Shown piece by piece: positions 18,654 to 29,376 of a stretch of 49,422 nucleotides of DNA. Below the pieces are notes generated by a model. That model was not told the DNA's origin. It saw only the letters and a list, made by a program, of their open reading frames with translations, and searched no databases. Source of the DNA: Nitrososphaeraceae archaeon (GTDB lineage Archaea > Thermoproteota > Nitrososphaeria > Nitrososphaerales > Nitrososphaeraceae); the NCBI GenBank assembly GCA_044870765.1, contig JBIOZG010000036.1:1-49422 (forward strand), in the 5' to 3' direction. The translations under genes were made by a program, and so were the position numbers. Every line of letters starts with the position of its first letter. Position 1 is the first letter of the stretch.

Positions 18654-19059
18654 TCATCTAATCGTTGTGACAACAAAATATTAATTATTATGCAAAATAG
18701 TTAGTTTGCAATTGCCATTTGTACATGGACAATAACAAGTCATATAAGATAAGATGGACTTTGTCGACGGTGAACCATTTTGACATCATTTCAAGGCTCA
18801 TTAGTGCACCCCAAATTCAATGGGATTTGGAAATCTAGCAATCACTGTGGTATATCTTGAAAATACTAAGAAAGAAGTTAAAGGAAAACAATTATCCCTG
18901 ACAAGGCAGGAGAAGCAGAATCGAATCAATCGAGCTCCTCTTAAACTAAACTCAGATTTACTAATTAATTTTTGTCAAAGCGAATAAAGGGTATTGGAGA
19001 CAAGGTTGTTTCTTAAATTTAGAACGATGCTTGTTTGTTTTGCAGATTTAAAAGAAAAG

Positions 19060-20514
19060 TTATAACATAGCTGCAAAATTTAGCCTTATTAATACGTCAA
19101 TGAGTAATACAATAGAACCAACCGCCACAGTGACTATCATAAAAGGAAACCCCACTTTAAGAAATTGATTAAAGGTGATTCTGTGGCCATTTATTTCGGC
19201 CAATCCTGTGGCAACAATCCCTGCACTCGAACCAACCATTGTACCGTTTCCTCCCAAACCAACTCCAAGTGACAATGCCCACCACAATGGGCTGATATCC
19301 AGATTTCCAAAGACTGCAGCGACTGATTCAGTATTGTAGATGGTAAATATGAGAGGGACCATAGTAGCAGCAAAGGGAATGTTGTCTATGAATGCACTTG
19401 CTATTGCAGATATCCAAATAATCATAAAGAATAATATCCATGGATTTCCTCCACTAATATGCAGTACGGTGCTTGACAATAGATCTATTAATCCTGCTTT
19501 TTCTGCACCGCTAATAATAATGAAAAGCCCTGCGAAAAAGATTAAAGTTGACCAATCCACAGATTTTAATATCTGTTCAGGTCTCGACTTTGCCAGAACC
19601 ATCAATATACCCGCACCACTCAATGCTATGATTGAAGGTTCTATCTTGAGACTCCCATGTATAACGAAAAGAACAATAACTGCACTTAACACTACTAATG
19701 ATTTTTTTAAAACTGATCTATCCTTGATGAGGACTTTCTCGTCCTGCGACAACAATTCTTCAAAATTATGGGGCTTTTGCGAAAGTTCTTTTCTAAACAT
19801 AAATTTTAAAATAAATAATGATACCAACAAAGAAACAGCAATTGTAGGACCCATGTTAATAATAAATGAAGTAAAGTCTATATTCGCAGCAGAACCGATT
19901 AATATATTGGGTGGATCTCCAATCAGTGTCGCAGTTCCTCCTACATTTGACGCAAGTACTTGTGCAATAATGAATGGAACTGGAGATATCCTGAGCGTCC
20001 TAAATACTGAGATAGTAATTGGAACTATTAACAGAACAGTGGTAACGTTATCTATAAACATGGAAATAATTGCAGTGAATAAGCAAAACATTACCAACAA
20101 CTTCCACATATTTCCCTCCGATGCCTTGCTCATCTTTATACCAAGGTACTCGAAAATTCCAGTCTGACCCAATATTGCTACGATTAACATCATTCCTAGC
20201 AGTAGCCCAATTGTATTGAAATCGATGGCGGCGATAGCAAATTCGAAACTCATAGATGCATCAAATAGCCCGGTTGTGATACCCATCAGTATAACAAATG
20301 CTGCTCCTACCATCGCTACAGTAGTCCTGTGAACGATTTCAAAAGAGAGTAGAACATATACCGCTAAAAGCACTAATGAAGTAAGCCTCAGAGAAAGTGA
20401 AATCTCCATTCCAACTAAATCTGGAATCACTAAAAATAGTACTGTTACAATTGCAAGAACAAAAAGTCCCACTCTTTGTTTATTTTTTACTAATAACAGG
20501 GTTTGGGATTTCAT
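19060..20514 (-). CDS. ArsB/NhaD (P-protein/SLC13-like) permease
   Basis: Polytopic membrane protein with DNVTT, GGTATLIGDPPN, DNIP and GGNGT. Confidence 0.9.
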   Translation of the reverse strand: MKSQTLLLVKNKQRVGLFVLAIVTVLFLVIPDLVGMEISLSLRLTSLVLLAVYVLLSFEIVHRTTVAMVGAAFVILMGITTGLFDASMSFEFAIAAIDFNTIGLLLGMMLIVAILGQTGIFEYLGIKMSKASEGNMWKLLVMFCLFTAIISMFIDNVTTVLLIVPITISVFRTLRISPVPFIIAQVLASNVGGTATLIGDPPNILIGSAANIDFTSFIINMGPTIAVSLLVSLFILKFMFRKELSQKPHNFEELLSQDEKVLIKDRSVLKKSLVVLSAVIVLFVIHGSLKIEPSIIALSGAGILMVLAKSRPEQILKSVDWSTLIFFAGLFIIISGAEKAGLIDLLSSTVLHISGGNPWILFFMIIWISAIASAFIDNIPFAATMVPLIFTIYNTESVAAVFGNLDISPLWWALSLGVGLGGNGTMVGSSAGIVATGLAEINGHRITFNQFLKVGFPFMIVTVAVGSIVLLIDVLIRLNFAAML

Positions 20515-20647
20515 TTTGACTGTTTATTAGATAAGCTTGAGTAATAAGATGGCATTAGGTCAGTTTTGTTTTTAGCTTACTCAAAGTATGCCATCGGGGT
20601 GTATTGACTAAATTCAGGATAAAATTCCAGTGTTGTTTGACTCGATA

Positions 20648-20902
20648 TTATAATGGAACCATTGTGTCTATCAGCCTTGCATTTGTAATTTGTCCATCTT
20701 TTTCATTTATCAACAGGTCGACTGTATATTGTAGACCATCAAGCAAGAAAGTTACCTGAGCGTCCCAGGCTTCTCTATTCTGTTCATTTGGATATGGAAG
20801 AAGAGTTCTAACCTTCAAATTCTCAACATTGCTACCATATAGCACCTCTGTTGCTCTTTTTGCTACTGATTCGACTTCTTTTTCGTTGCGAACCGGATTC
20901 AT
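20648..20902 (-). CDS. Small hypothetical protein (PepSY-like tail)
   Basis: ATG 20902 avoids overlap with ureC; YTVDLLINEKDGQI ending. Confidence 0.65.
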   Translation of the reverse strand: MNPVRNEKEVESVAKRATEVLYGSNVENLKVRTLLPYPNEQNREAWDAQVTFLLDGLQYTVDLLINEKDGQITNARLIDTMVPL

Positions 20903-20966
20903 GAACCAATTTGTATTTACAAAATATATAAGCATTATTATTCCGATGATTTTCAATGACAGTAAA

Positions 20967-22685
20967 CTAAAACAAGTTGTACAATCGCGACAATGAAAGC
21001 TCTTTTGCGGCCTCGACAGTCGCCACCTTTCCATCTACTTTAACAACATAAGTCTCCGGATCGATTTCTATTTTAGGTATCAAATTATTGTACACCATAT
21101 TTTTCTTGGATATATTGCGACAGTTTTTCACTGGTAAGAGTTTTTTCTTTAGATCCAATTTCTTTTGAAGACCATTTCTTATCGCTGCTTTTGAGGTAAA
21201 TGTTACTGATGTAGAATATCTAGCTTTGCCCTTGGCGCCAAACATAGGCCTGTAGTAGACAGGCTCTGGCGTTGGAATAGAAGCGTTTGCATCACCCATT
21301 AGCGAGTATGCTATAAAACCACCTTTAATAATGAGTTTTGGTTTTATCCCAAAAAATTGTGGCGTCCAAATTACTATATCGGCTATTTTCCCCGGTTGCA
21401 GTGATCCTACATAGTCTGAAATTCCATGTGTTATCGCAGGATTAATGGTGAGTTTTGCTAGATATCTTTTGACGCGCAGGTTATCGTTATTCCCTTTTTC
21501 TAGCTTTAGTCTTCCTGACATCTTTTTCATTTTGTCAGCAGTTTGCCAAGCCCTTGTTGTCACTTCTCCCACTCTACCCATAGCTTGACTATCAGAAGAA
21601 TACATGCTTATAGCGCCTATATCGTGTAATACATCTTCTGCAGCTATTGTTTCGGCCCTTATCCTTGATTCAGCAAATGCAACATCTTCTGATATAGATG
21701 GATTAAGATGATGACAGACCATCATCATATCAAGATGCTCTTCAAGAGTGTTTACTGTAAATGGTCTTGTTGGATTCGTTGATGAAGGTAAAACATTGAT
21801 TTCGCCGGCAATTTTTAGTATATCCGGTGCATGCCCTCCACCAGCTCCCTCTGTATGATATGTATGAATAGTTCTACCCGATATAGCGTCTATTGTATCA
21901 TTTACATATCCACATTCATTAAGTGTGTCAGTATGTATTGCTACCTGTGTATCTGTTTTGTCTGCAACTCTTAGAGCTGCGTCTATCGTGGCTGGAGTGG
22001 TACCCCAGTCCTCGTGAAGCTTTAGGCCACACGCCCCTTCACTTATTTGCTCTAATAGCGCCGGTTCTAATGAATCATTTCCTTTTGCCAATAATCCAAA
22101 ATTTAATGGATATTCATCCAACGACTCCAGCATTCTATGAATATTCCAGGGTCCTGGACTACAAGTTGTGGCCTTAGTACCTTCAGAAGGACCGGTACCA
22201 CCACCTATCATGGTAGTCGTACCACTACATATTGCTTCTACTATTTGCTGGGGTGAAATAAAATGTATATGAGTATCAATCGTTCCGGGGGTACAGATGG
22301 TGTGCTCTCCTGAAATAACTTCTGTATTTGCCGATACGATAAGATTATCATGTACGCCATCCATCACATTTGGATTTCCGGCCTTACCTATGGCCAAAAC
22401 CAATCCATCTTTGATGCCTATGTCTGTTTTAATAATACCCATCAAAGGATCGATCAGTATGGTGTTGGTAATAACAAGATCTAGTGAATATTTGCTCTTT
22501 ATTCCACTCGCCTGTCCCATTCCGTCTCGAATACTTTTGCCACCTCCAAAAACTAGTTCATCTCCGTACACTAATAGATCTTTTTCGATCTCTACTATAA
22601 GATCAGTATCTCCTAATCTAATTCTGTCGCCCTTTGTTGGTCCGTATAGCTCTACATATTGTTTCCTAGGAATATTTAGAACCAT
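20967..22685 (-). CDS. ureC: Urease alpha subunit
   Basis: [33 protein letters not shown] and SDSQAMGR. Confidence 0.99.
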   Translation of the reverse strand: MVLNIPRKQYVELYGPTKGDRIRLGDTDLIVEIEKDLLVYGDELVFGGGKSIRDGMGQASGIKSKYSLDLVITNTILIDPLMGIIKTDIGIKDGLVLAIGKAGNPNVMDGVHDNLIVSANTEVISGEHTICTPGTIDTHIHFISPQQIVEAICSGTTTMIGGGTGPSEGTKATTCSPGPWNIHRMLESLDEYPLNFGLLAKGNDSLEPALLEQISEGACGLKLHEDWGTTPATIDAALRVADKTDTQVAIHTDTLNECGYVNDTIDAISGRTIHTYHTEGAGGGHAPDILKIAGEINVLPSSTNPTRPFTVNTLEEHLDMMMVCHHLNPSISEDVAFAESRIRAETIAAEDVLHDIGAISMYSSDSQAMGRVGEVTTRAWQTADKMKKMSGRLKLEKGNNDNLRVKRYLAKLTINPAITHGISDYVGSLQPGKIADIVIWTPQFFGIKPKLIIKGGFIAYSLMGDANASIPTPEPVYYRPMFGAKGKARYSTSVTFTSKAAIRNGLQKKLDLKKKLLPVKNCRNISKKNMVYNNLIPKIEIDPETYVVKVDGKVATVEAAKELSLSRLYNLF

Positions 22686-22687
22686 GA

Positions 22688-23056
22688 CTATTTTTCCTCC
22701 TTAAACCCTTTTTTCTTAATCTTCAAAAGAGATATTTCTTTTTGTTTTTTTGTTAGTTTACCATTAACAAGACTATTAAAACCGAAAACGGTTTTTTTGC
22801 CTCCAAATTCTGTTACTTGTACAATTCTTGAATCCCCCGGTTCGAACCTCAGTGAGGTTCCCGATGGAATGTTTAGATGAAATCCAAATGTCTTGCTTCT
22901 CTGGAACGATAAGGCTTTATTAGTTTCAAAGAAATGTGTATGCGAGCCTACCTGAATCGGTCTGTCTCCTGTGTTTGTTACCTTAATTTTGATTGTTTTT
23001 CTCCCTACATTAGCCAGTATTGGTTCCTTGGACAAAAAATATTCACCAGGAATCAT
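22688..23056 (-). CDS. ureB: Urease beta subunit
   Basis: [19 protein letters not shown] and RFEPG. Confidence 0.98.
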   Translation of the reverse strand: MIPGEYFLSKEPILANVGRKTIKIKVTNTGDRPIQVGSHTHFFETNKALSFQRSKTFGFHLNIPSGTSLRFEPGDSRIVQVTEFGGKKTVFGFNSLVNGKLTKKQKEISLLKIKKKGFKEEK

Positions 23057-23069
23057 TTCTCACCACACC

Positions 23070-23372
23070 TCATACAATAGGATTATGAACGGTTACCAGT
23101 TTGGTACCATCGTCAAACGTGGCCTCCACTTGAACGCTCTGTACTAGATCTGGAACTCCGGGCAATACGTCGCCTTTATTTAACACATGTCTTCCTGATT
23201 TCATGAGTTCAGAAACCGATTTTCCATCTCGCGCTCCTTCTAAAATGTAATCTGCGATTAGAGCCACCGATTCAGGATAATTGAGTTTTAAACCCCTTGT
23301 TTTTCTTTTTCGTGCGACCTCTGCACTCATAGAAATATATAATTTATCAATTTCTCTGGGAGATAGAAACAT
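23070..23372 (-). CDS. ureA: Urease gamma subunit
   Basis: [16 protein letters not shown] and [19 protein letters not shown]. Confidence 0.98.
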   Translation of the reverse strand: MFLSPREIDKLYISMSAEVARKRKTRGLKLNYPESVALIADYILEGARDGKSVSELMKSGRHVLNKGDVLPGVPDLVQSVQVEATFDDGTKLVTVHNPIV

Positions 23373-23445
23373 CTAAGATCAAATTTTATTGTAAAGTCAG
23401 ATATTTATAATTGATCTCAAATAATCAATTAAAGATTAGTTTTTC

Positions 23446-25188
23446 ATGAATGATAAAAATATGCAGTTATTTGGTAATGGTCTTAAAAGAACGTATGGAA
23501 CTGAAGCAAGGAGATACAATCTTTTAGCTGCGAGATTGATTGCTGACCTTGTTAAAGGCTTTCTGGGTCCCAGAGGACTTGAAAAAATGTTTATTGACAT
23601 TCTTGGCGAGGTGACTGTTACTAAGGATGGGGCAACATTTCTAAGAAAGATTGATGTTGAGCATCCTGCCGCTAAGGTTATTATTGAAGCCGCCAATGCG
23701 GTTGATAATGCCGTAGGAGATGGTACTACATCAGTTGTTGTGCTTGCAGGAGCCCTAGTTGAAAAAGCAGAAGGTCTATTAGAAATTGGTGTATCGCCAA
23801 GCAGAATTTTGGATGGTTATCATAATGCAATGCACATGGCACTTGAAATTGTCAGGAAAATATCCATTGAAACAACTAATCATGATAAAAAGATAATGAG
23901 ATATCTTATTGAGACTTGTATGAGATCAAAGGCTGTATCTCACTTTACAGAAGAAATAGTAATTCCCAGTCTTGTTGTTGACGGAATTTGTGAAATCGCT
24001 GATTTTTCAAGATGCTATCTTGAAGTGGATGACATTAAGATCGAGGAAAAAATAGGGAATAGTTCTGATACCGAGCTTGTTCATGGAACTGTAATAGACA
24101 AAACAATAGATGATTCGTCAATGCCCCGAATTATCGAAAACGCAAAGATTTTGCTTCTTGACAGCGACATTCAGGATGAACGCACAAAGACTGACGCCGA
24201 AATTAGAATTTCAGATCCTAGTCAGATGACCTCGTTCATAAAGAAAAAAACCAGTAACTTACTTCAAAAGATTCAGTATGTAATAGAATCTGGTGCAAAT
24301 GTTATTTTTTCCCGTGGTGGGATCGATTCCCTTGCACTAAATCATTTTGCCAAGAACAAAATGTTAACTGTTAGAAGAGTTAAAGAAAACGATTTGTTAT
24401 GGCTGGCAAAGGCTACCGGAGCCAAAGTAGTCAGGGATCTCGATAGCATAAACGGAAGTGATCTAGGGTACGCTGCAAAGGTGTATGAAAAAACAGTTGG
24501 TGATGACAAAATGGTTTTCGTTAATGGTTGCAGGAATCCAAAGTCAATAACAATTCTTTTGCGTGCCAATTCAAAAAAAATTCTTGATGAATTTCATCGT
24601 ACGATACTAGATTCTATTTATGTTTTGAGAAATTTTATTACGGATCCAAAAATTGTTCCTGGGGGAGGTGCCGTAGAAGCATTTATTGCCATGCTAATAA
24701 AAGAGAGATCATATCAATTACCAGGAAAGGAACAGATTGTGATCCAAAAGTTTGCAGAAGCCCTTGAAGAGATCCCGCTAACAATTGCCAGAAACTCAGG
24801 ATTGAACACAGTTGATATAAGAGCCCACCTCAGGCAAAGAGTTTACTCTCAATCACAGCCAAAGAATAATAAAAAAAGTAAACACAATTTCAATAATGAT
24901 CGTGAATGGTATGGAATAAACGCATTGGAAAGAAAAATAGACAACATGATGGAAATGCATGTTATAGAACCTTTAATTGTAAAGGAACAGATTCTTATAA
25001 CTGCAACCGAAGTCATTATTTTGCTTATGAGAGTCGATGACGTGCTGATGAAAAAACCAGTTGAAACACATGGACACTCTCATACACATATGGATGGCAC
25101 TACACATTCACATAAAGGAGGAAGTAAACCTCATGATCATTTTGATAAACTAGGAAAACAGCAAAGACCAATGCATCATTATTACTAA
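23446..25188 (+). CDS. Divergent group II chaperonin with a His-rich C-terminal tail
   Basis: GPRG, TKDGAT, GDGTTS and VPGGGA; 10 His in the last 39 residues. Confidence 0.93.
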   Translation: MNDKNMQLFGNGLKRTYGTEARRYNLLAARLIADLVKGFLGPRGLEKMFIDILGEVTVTKDGATFLRKIDVEHPAAKVIIEAANAVDNAVGDGTTSVVVLAGALVEKAEGLLEIGVSPSRILDGYHNAMHMALEIVRKISIETTNHDKKIMRYLIETCMRSKAVSHFTEEIVIPSLVVDGICEIADFSRCYLEVDDIKIEEKIGNSSDTELVHGTVIDKTIDDSSMPRIIENAKILLLDSDIQDERTKTDAEIRISDPSQMTSFIKKKTSNLLQKIQYVIESGANVIFSRGGIDSLALNHFAKNKMLTVRRVKENDLLWLAKATGAKVVRDLDSINGSDLGYAAKVYEKTVGDDKMVFVNGCRNPKSITILLRANSKKILDEFHRTILDSIYVLRNFITDPKIVPGGGAVEAFIAMLIKERSYQLPGKEQIVIQKFAEALEEIPLTIARNSGLNTVDIRAHLRQRVYSQSQPKNNKKSKHNFNNDREWYGINALERKIDNMMEMHVIEPLIVKEQILITATEVIILLMRVDDVLMKKPVETHGHSHTHMDGTTHSHKGGSKPHDHFDKLGKQQRPMHHYY

Positions 25189-25322
25189 GCCATGTAGATG
25201 CAGATTTGTAGCCTTATATGGCCTTTCTTATAGAATAAGAGGTTTATATTATCACTTTTTGTGATAAGAATATTTATACGGTTACCTATCAGTGGTATTT
25301 CTAATACATCACGTTGGGTCTT

Positions 25323-25709
25323 TCAAGGTGCTAGAATGTAGCCTGAAGTCGAAATAGGTTCTTTTATTGTGATTTTTAGCCTTTGTGAATTTGGCATTAG
25401 TATGTTGAAACTAATCTTTCGGAGGCTCTCTGGTACTCCGATCATTACCTGATCTGGTGTTAGGAGCATTGAAGCATTTGTTATCATTTCGTTTGTCTTC
25501 CTGTGCAAACGCAATTCTTTGATTATGTAATTGAGATAAATGTACAATGTTTCATTGAGGTTTATCCTCATATCTTTTGATAATTTATCATTTATAGATT
25601 TTATTAATTTTGACAGGATGATGTAGTCGGCTTTATTGTAAAACCGAAAAATTCTTGTGAAAGGTACCGTATCAGGTTCTCCTTGGACAGTAACTGCGAC
25701 GTCTATCAA
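25323..25709 (-). CDS. Urease-gamma-like orphan protein
   Basis: Central segment (INLNE...LLTPDQVMIGVPESLRKI) parallels UreA (LNYPE...[18 protein letters not shown]). Confidence 0.6.
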   Translation of the reverse strand: MIDVAVTVQGEPDTVPFTRIFRFYNKADYIILSKLIKSINDKLSKDMRINLNETLYIYLNYIIKELRLHRKTNEMITNASMLLTPDQVMIGVPESLRKISFNILMPNSQRLKITIKEPISTSGYILAP

Positions 25710-25729
25710 AGTAGTAACCTATCCATGAC

Positions 25730-26878
25730 TTATTTTTTGGCAGCTTTTCCATAGTCTATGGGAGGCCTTTTTGGAACTTTGGCCTTTGGTCCGTTACCAA
25801 AGTCATATGTGTTACCCAGTCCTCTATAGAATTTAGGTCGTACAGGATTTCCTTCAGTCTTGCCCTTTTTAGTTAATGATAATCCGGCCAATAGTTCTAC
25901 TATTAGTCTGTTTGCCAGTCCAGAGGTAATACCGCCATTATACGAATTACCATCACTTACGTCATAATTGGGAGCTACTTCAACTAAATCAAATGCAAAT
26001 CTATCTGGATCAAACGATGTTGAAAGAAGCCTCATCAGTCTCATACCTTCCCTCGATGTCAAACCATTTGGCTCAGGCTCACCTGTACCAGGAGCAAACG
26101 CAGGATCGAATGTATCGATATCCCAGCTTATATAGACTGCATCGACGTTATCGTTAGCTCTATCGGCTGCCTCTTTTGCTATCTTGTCTATCCCAAGCTC
26201 TTCAACATCCAGCATTGTGAACCATTGAAAATCCTGATCTGCCATCCATTTATACAAATCAGGTCCTGGCCAATATCCACGCGGTCCTATCAGAGTATAG
26301 TTCTTTCCTTTGAGACATCCAAGCTCCATTATTCTTCTAATATGTGCACCATGATCGTACTTGAAACCAGTTAACCCTTGTGGAGCACAATCGGCGTGAG
26401 TATCAATATGGATCATTCCAATATTTTTATACTTCTTGGCAAAAGCACGCACGTTCGCAAAAGTTATCGAATGGTCCCCACCAAGCATGACTGGAATACC
26501 GTCTATATCTAAAACTTCTTTCACTTTATCTGTCATTCTCCTATGAGATTCAACCACGTCACCAGGAGATACATTTACGTCCCCATAGTCAACAGTTCTA
26601 AAAACACCAAATGGATCTACCCCCGTTTCTATGTTAAAATGCTCATATGGTGGAGAAGGAACAGTAGACGCCGCCCTGATTGCTCGGGGACCGTATCTTG
26701 CTCCAGGACGAATAGTTGTTCCAAAGTCAAAAGGTTCTCCAATTATTGCTACATCTGGTTTGACACTCTTTAGCTCTTCATGACTTCTTATCCAAGGCAG
26801 CTTCAGAAACGTTGGAATGCCCACAAAAATAGGCTCATCGTTACCCTTGTACGAATTACCATAAAATTCCATACCCAT
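25730..26878 (-). CDS. Ureohydrolase (agmatinase/arginase family), substrate unknown
   Basis: RPGARYGP, GGDHSIT, DTHAD, SWDIDTFDP and DLVEVAP. Confidence 0.95.
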   Translation of the reverse strand: MGMEFYGNSYKGNDEPIFVGIPTFLKLPWIRSHEELKSVKPDVAIIGEPFDFGTTIRPGARYGPRAIRAASTVPSPPYEHFNIETGVDPFGVFRTVDYGDVNVSPGDVVESHRRMTDKVKEVLDIDGIPVMLGGDHSITFANVRAFAKKYKNIGMIHIDTHADCAPQGLTGFKYDHGAHIRRIMELGCLKGKNYTLIGPRGYWPGPDLYKWMADQDFQWFTMLDVEELGIDKIAKEAADRANDNVDAVYISWDIDTFDPAFAPGTGEPEPNGLTSREGMRLMRLLSTSFDPDRFAFDLVEVAPNYDVSDGNSYNGGITSGLANRLIVELLAGLSLTKKGKTEGNPVRPKFYRGLGNTYDFGNGPKAKVPKRPPIDYGKAAKK

Positions 26879-27079
26879 ACTTAGTCCATTCTTGTAAGGT
26901 GGTATATTTTTTAAATATTTCTGAACCTAGTTGAATTTCACCAGAAAAAACTAGATATTTATTCATGCTATCAGGTTCTAGAAATAATTATTGCAAATAT
27001 TTTAATAATTGTAAATTTCTTAGCTAATTCTCTACTTTTGCGTTAAATCCTTATATATATAACAAATTAACAAGTTTGG

Positions 27080-28612
27080 ATGGTATCACTTGACTGGTAT
27101 GGAGTCGGTGTTATTGCATTTTTAGCTGCGTCTTTGGTCGTTGGAACATTAACCTCAAGGCTAGTAAAGAAAAGTAGTAAAAGATACATGGTTGCTGGTA
27201 AGAGTCTCCCGCTTTTTTTTGTGGGTACAATGCTGGCTGCCCAGGCAATAGATGGTAACTCTTCTCTTGGTAATGTTTCTCTAGTGTATCAATTTGGCAT
27301 TTGGGCTGGAGCTGCTATCCCTATTGGACTTGGGATATGCCTAATCCTTACAGGAGCATTTTATGGTAAAAAATTGAACAAGATGTCAATGCTTACTCTT
27401 CCTGACTTTTATTACAGAAGGTTTGGAGCAGGAGCAGAAGGTATCTCAGGAGTACTTATGATCATTAGTTTTATAGTTCTTGTAGCTGGTAACTTTGCTG
27501 CCAGCGGATATATACTTACTGCTGTACTACATATTGAATTCTTTTGGGCAATGCTTATAGCGGCACTGGTTGTGCTAGTCTACACATTTGCTGGTGGTCT
27601 CTTTTCTTCAGCGTACACAGACATATTCCAAATATATCTAGCAATAGGTGCATTTTGGGCGGCTTTCATATTTTTTGCCGGAGGATTTGCAGGAGTCGAT
27701 TTTAGTACTATCCTGGGTAATGCACCACCCTCGTATATTGATCTCTCTGGGCTAACTGATATTGGAAATGGAGCACTTGTTAATTGGGCAGGAATTATGG
27801 CTTTGGCGTTGGGCGATATAGTGGCGCTTGATTTTATGGAAAGAGTTTTTGCAGCGAAAGATGGCAAGACAGCACGAAGAGGTGCATTCATGGGAGGAGG
27901 ATTGACATTATTTACAGTCATTCCCACAACTATGATGGGTATAGTAGCACTATATTTCCTTCCGAATTTGGCTGATCCATTTACAGCATATCCTGATTTG
28001 GCCATAAATCACGTGCCATTTGCAATAGGTATTGCTCTATTGATGGGAGTTTTGGGAGCATCTATGTCAACAGCAAATGGAGGATTGCTTGCAATATCAA
28101 GCGTTATTTCAAGGAACATTATACAACGAGACATATTGAAAAAATGGCTCAAGAGACCAGGTATGGACGATAGAAAACTATTGAGAACGACAAGGATATT
28201 TACCATTCCGATGATGGCTGCCGCATTTATTCTAGGCTATTTATTGCCTCAACCTGGTGTTTACCTCATTTTGGCCTTTGATATAGTGTTTGCTGGCGCG
28301 TGGGCTCCTCTTACTTTGGGTTTGTTTTGGAGAAAAGCAAATTTCCCAGCTGCAATCACATCTTTAGTTTTAGGATCTGGCCTTAGATTGTTATTATACT
28401 TTGTTATGCCCATAGAACTTGCTGGCCTTGATACAATGATACCACCAGTCGTATCGTTTGTGGCATTTATCATAGTAGCTCTCGCAACACAGAAGAAGCA
28501 TCCTGGAACGGAAAGACATGGTGTTATAGAGTATGTTCCACCAGAACAAGATGTAGTTTTGGGTGAGGAGCTTAAAGGCTATACAAGTCCAAGTGGTTTG
28601 AAATTTTCTTGA
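27080..28612 (+). CDS. Sodium:solute symporter (SSS/SLC5 family)
   Basis: YMVAGKSLP, TLPDF...RFG, YT..GGL....YTD, ERVFAAK and ASMST. Confidence 0.93.
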   Translation: MVSLDWYGVGVIAFLAASLVVGTLTSRLVKKSSKRYMVAGKSLPLFFVGTMLAAQAIDGNSSLGNVSLVYQFGIWAGAAIPIGLGICLILTGAFYGKKLNKMSMLTLPDFYYRRFGAGAEGISGVLMIISFIVLVAGNFAASGYILTAVLHIEFFWAMLIAALVVLVYTFAGGLFSSAYTDIFQIYLAIGAFWAAFIFFAGGFAGVDFSTILGNAPPSYIDLSGLTDIGNGALVNWAGIMALALGDIVALDFMERVFAAKDGKTARRGAFMGGGLTLFTVIPTTMMGIVALYFLPNLADPFTAYPDLAINHVPFAIGIALLMGVLGASMSTANGGLLAISSVISRNIIQRDILKKWLKRPGMDDRKLLRTTRIFTIPMMAAAFILGYLLPQPGVYLILAFDIVFAGAWAPLTLGLFWRKANFPAAITSLVLGSGLRLLLYFVMPIELAGLDTMIPPVVSFVAFIIVALATQKKHPGTERHGVIEYVPPEQDVVLGEELKGYTSPSGLKFS

Positions 28613-28705
28613 AAACAATTCCTCCAAAGACTAGTGTGTATTTGCTGTTACCTCACACTAATCTTGGCAGATTAATTAGCGGTAGGAATTAATAAACAGT
28701 CAATT

Positions 28706-29299
28706 TTGAAGAGGTCGTCTTATTTTTTGTTGTTCCCTAAAAAGCCACAGATAACAAACATTGAAGATGTGAAAGAGCAAATTACCAAAATAATTTCAAG
28801 TCAACGAAAACAAATTGAATCAAATTTAAAAACAACCGTTTCAGATGTCCAAAATCTTCTTTCTGAAATTTCAGAATTCAATCATAGGTGGATGAAGCTC
28901 CCCACTATCTATAGAATTGCGTGGATAAGTACCTCTGAGGATGATACTGTTGAAAATGTCACGTTTAAAGAAAATATTGAATTACCTAATATAGATCATG
29001 ATTTGGAACTTATCATGAAAATGTTAAATCACATGAGAGAGGAAAAAAATCTAAAGGTAACTGACATGCCTTTATTTATTCATCCTGATGAAATTTCAAT
29101 TGCGCAGATGGAAGATAGATTTCCTTACGGAAACATTAGCATTATTTCTCAAATCGCCATAGTATTTCAGAAGGGCAGAATAAAATATGTCGGATTAGTT
29201 ATTGATAGAAATTACGTCTTGCTCCAAGATAGATTAATAAATCTTATTTTACAAAAATTACCTCTTATCGATCAGATCAGATGTACATTTAAATCTTGA
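28706..29299 (+). CDS. Hypothetical protein
   Basis: 197-aa ORF, no recognised motif. Confidence 0.7.
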   Translation: MKRSSYFLLFPKKPQITNIEDVKEQITKIISSQRKQIESNLKTTVSDVQNLLSEISEFNHRWMKLPTIYRIAWISTSEDDTVENVTFKENIELPNIDHDLELIMKMLNHMREEKNLKVTDMPLFIHPDEISIAQMEDRFPYGNISIISQIAIVFQKGRIKYVGLVIDRNYVLLQDRLINLILQKLPLIDQIRCTFKS

Positions 29300-29376
29300 T
29301 TCAAAACTTGGGCACTAGTAGCCAGTATTAAGGCCAAGATTAAAATTTAAAGACTATTAGTACAGATTAGAATACA

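Noticed and set aside
18820-18988. 55-aa + strand ORF between the CysRS-like gene and the permease
   Set aside because: No motif or other support
25730-26878. Calling the ureohydrolase a guanidinase
   Set aside because: It has PGARYGP and PGTGEP rather than the Thr/Trp residues I recall for guanidine hydrolases; substrate left open
26879-27079. Guanidine riboswitch upstream of the hydrolase or transporter
   Set aside because: The region is very AT-rich, with no ACGR twin hairpins or other GC-rich aptamer-like structure
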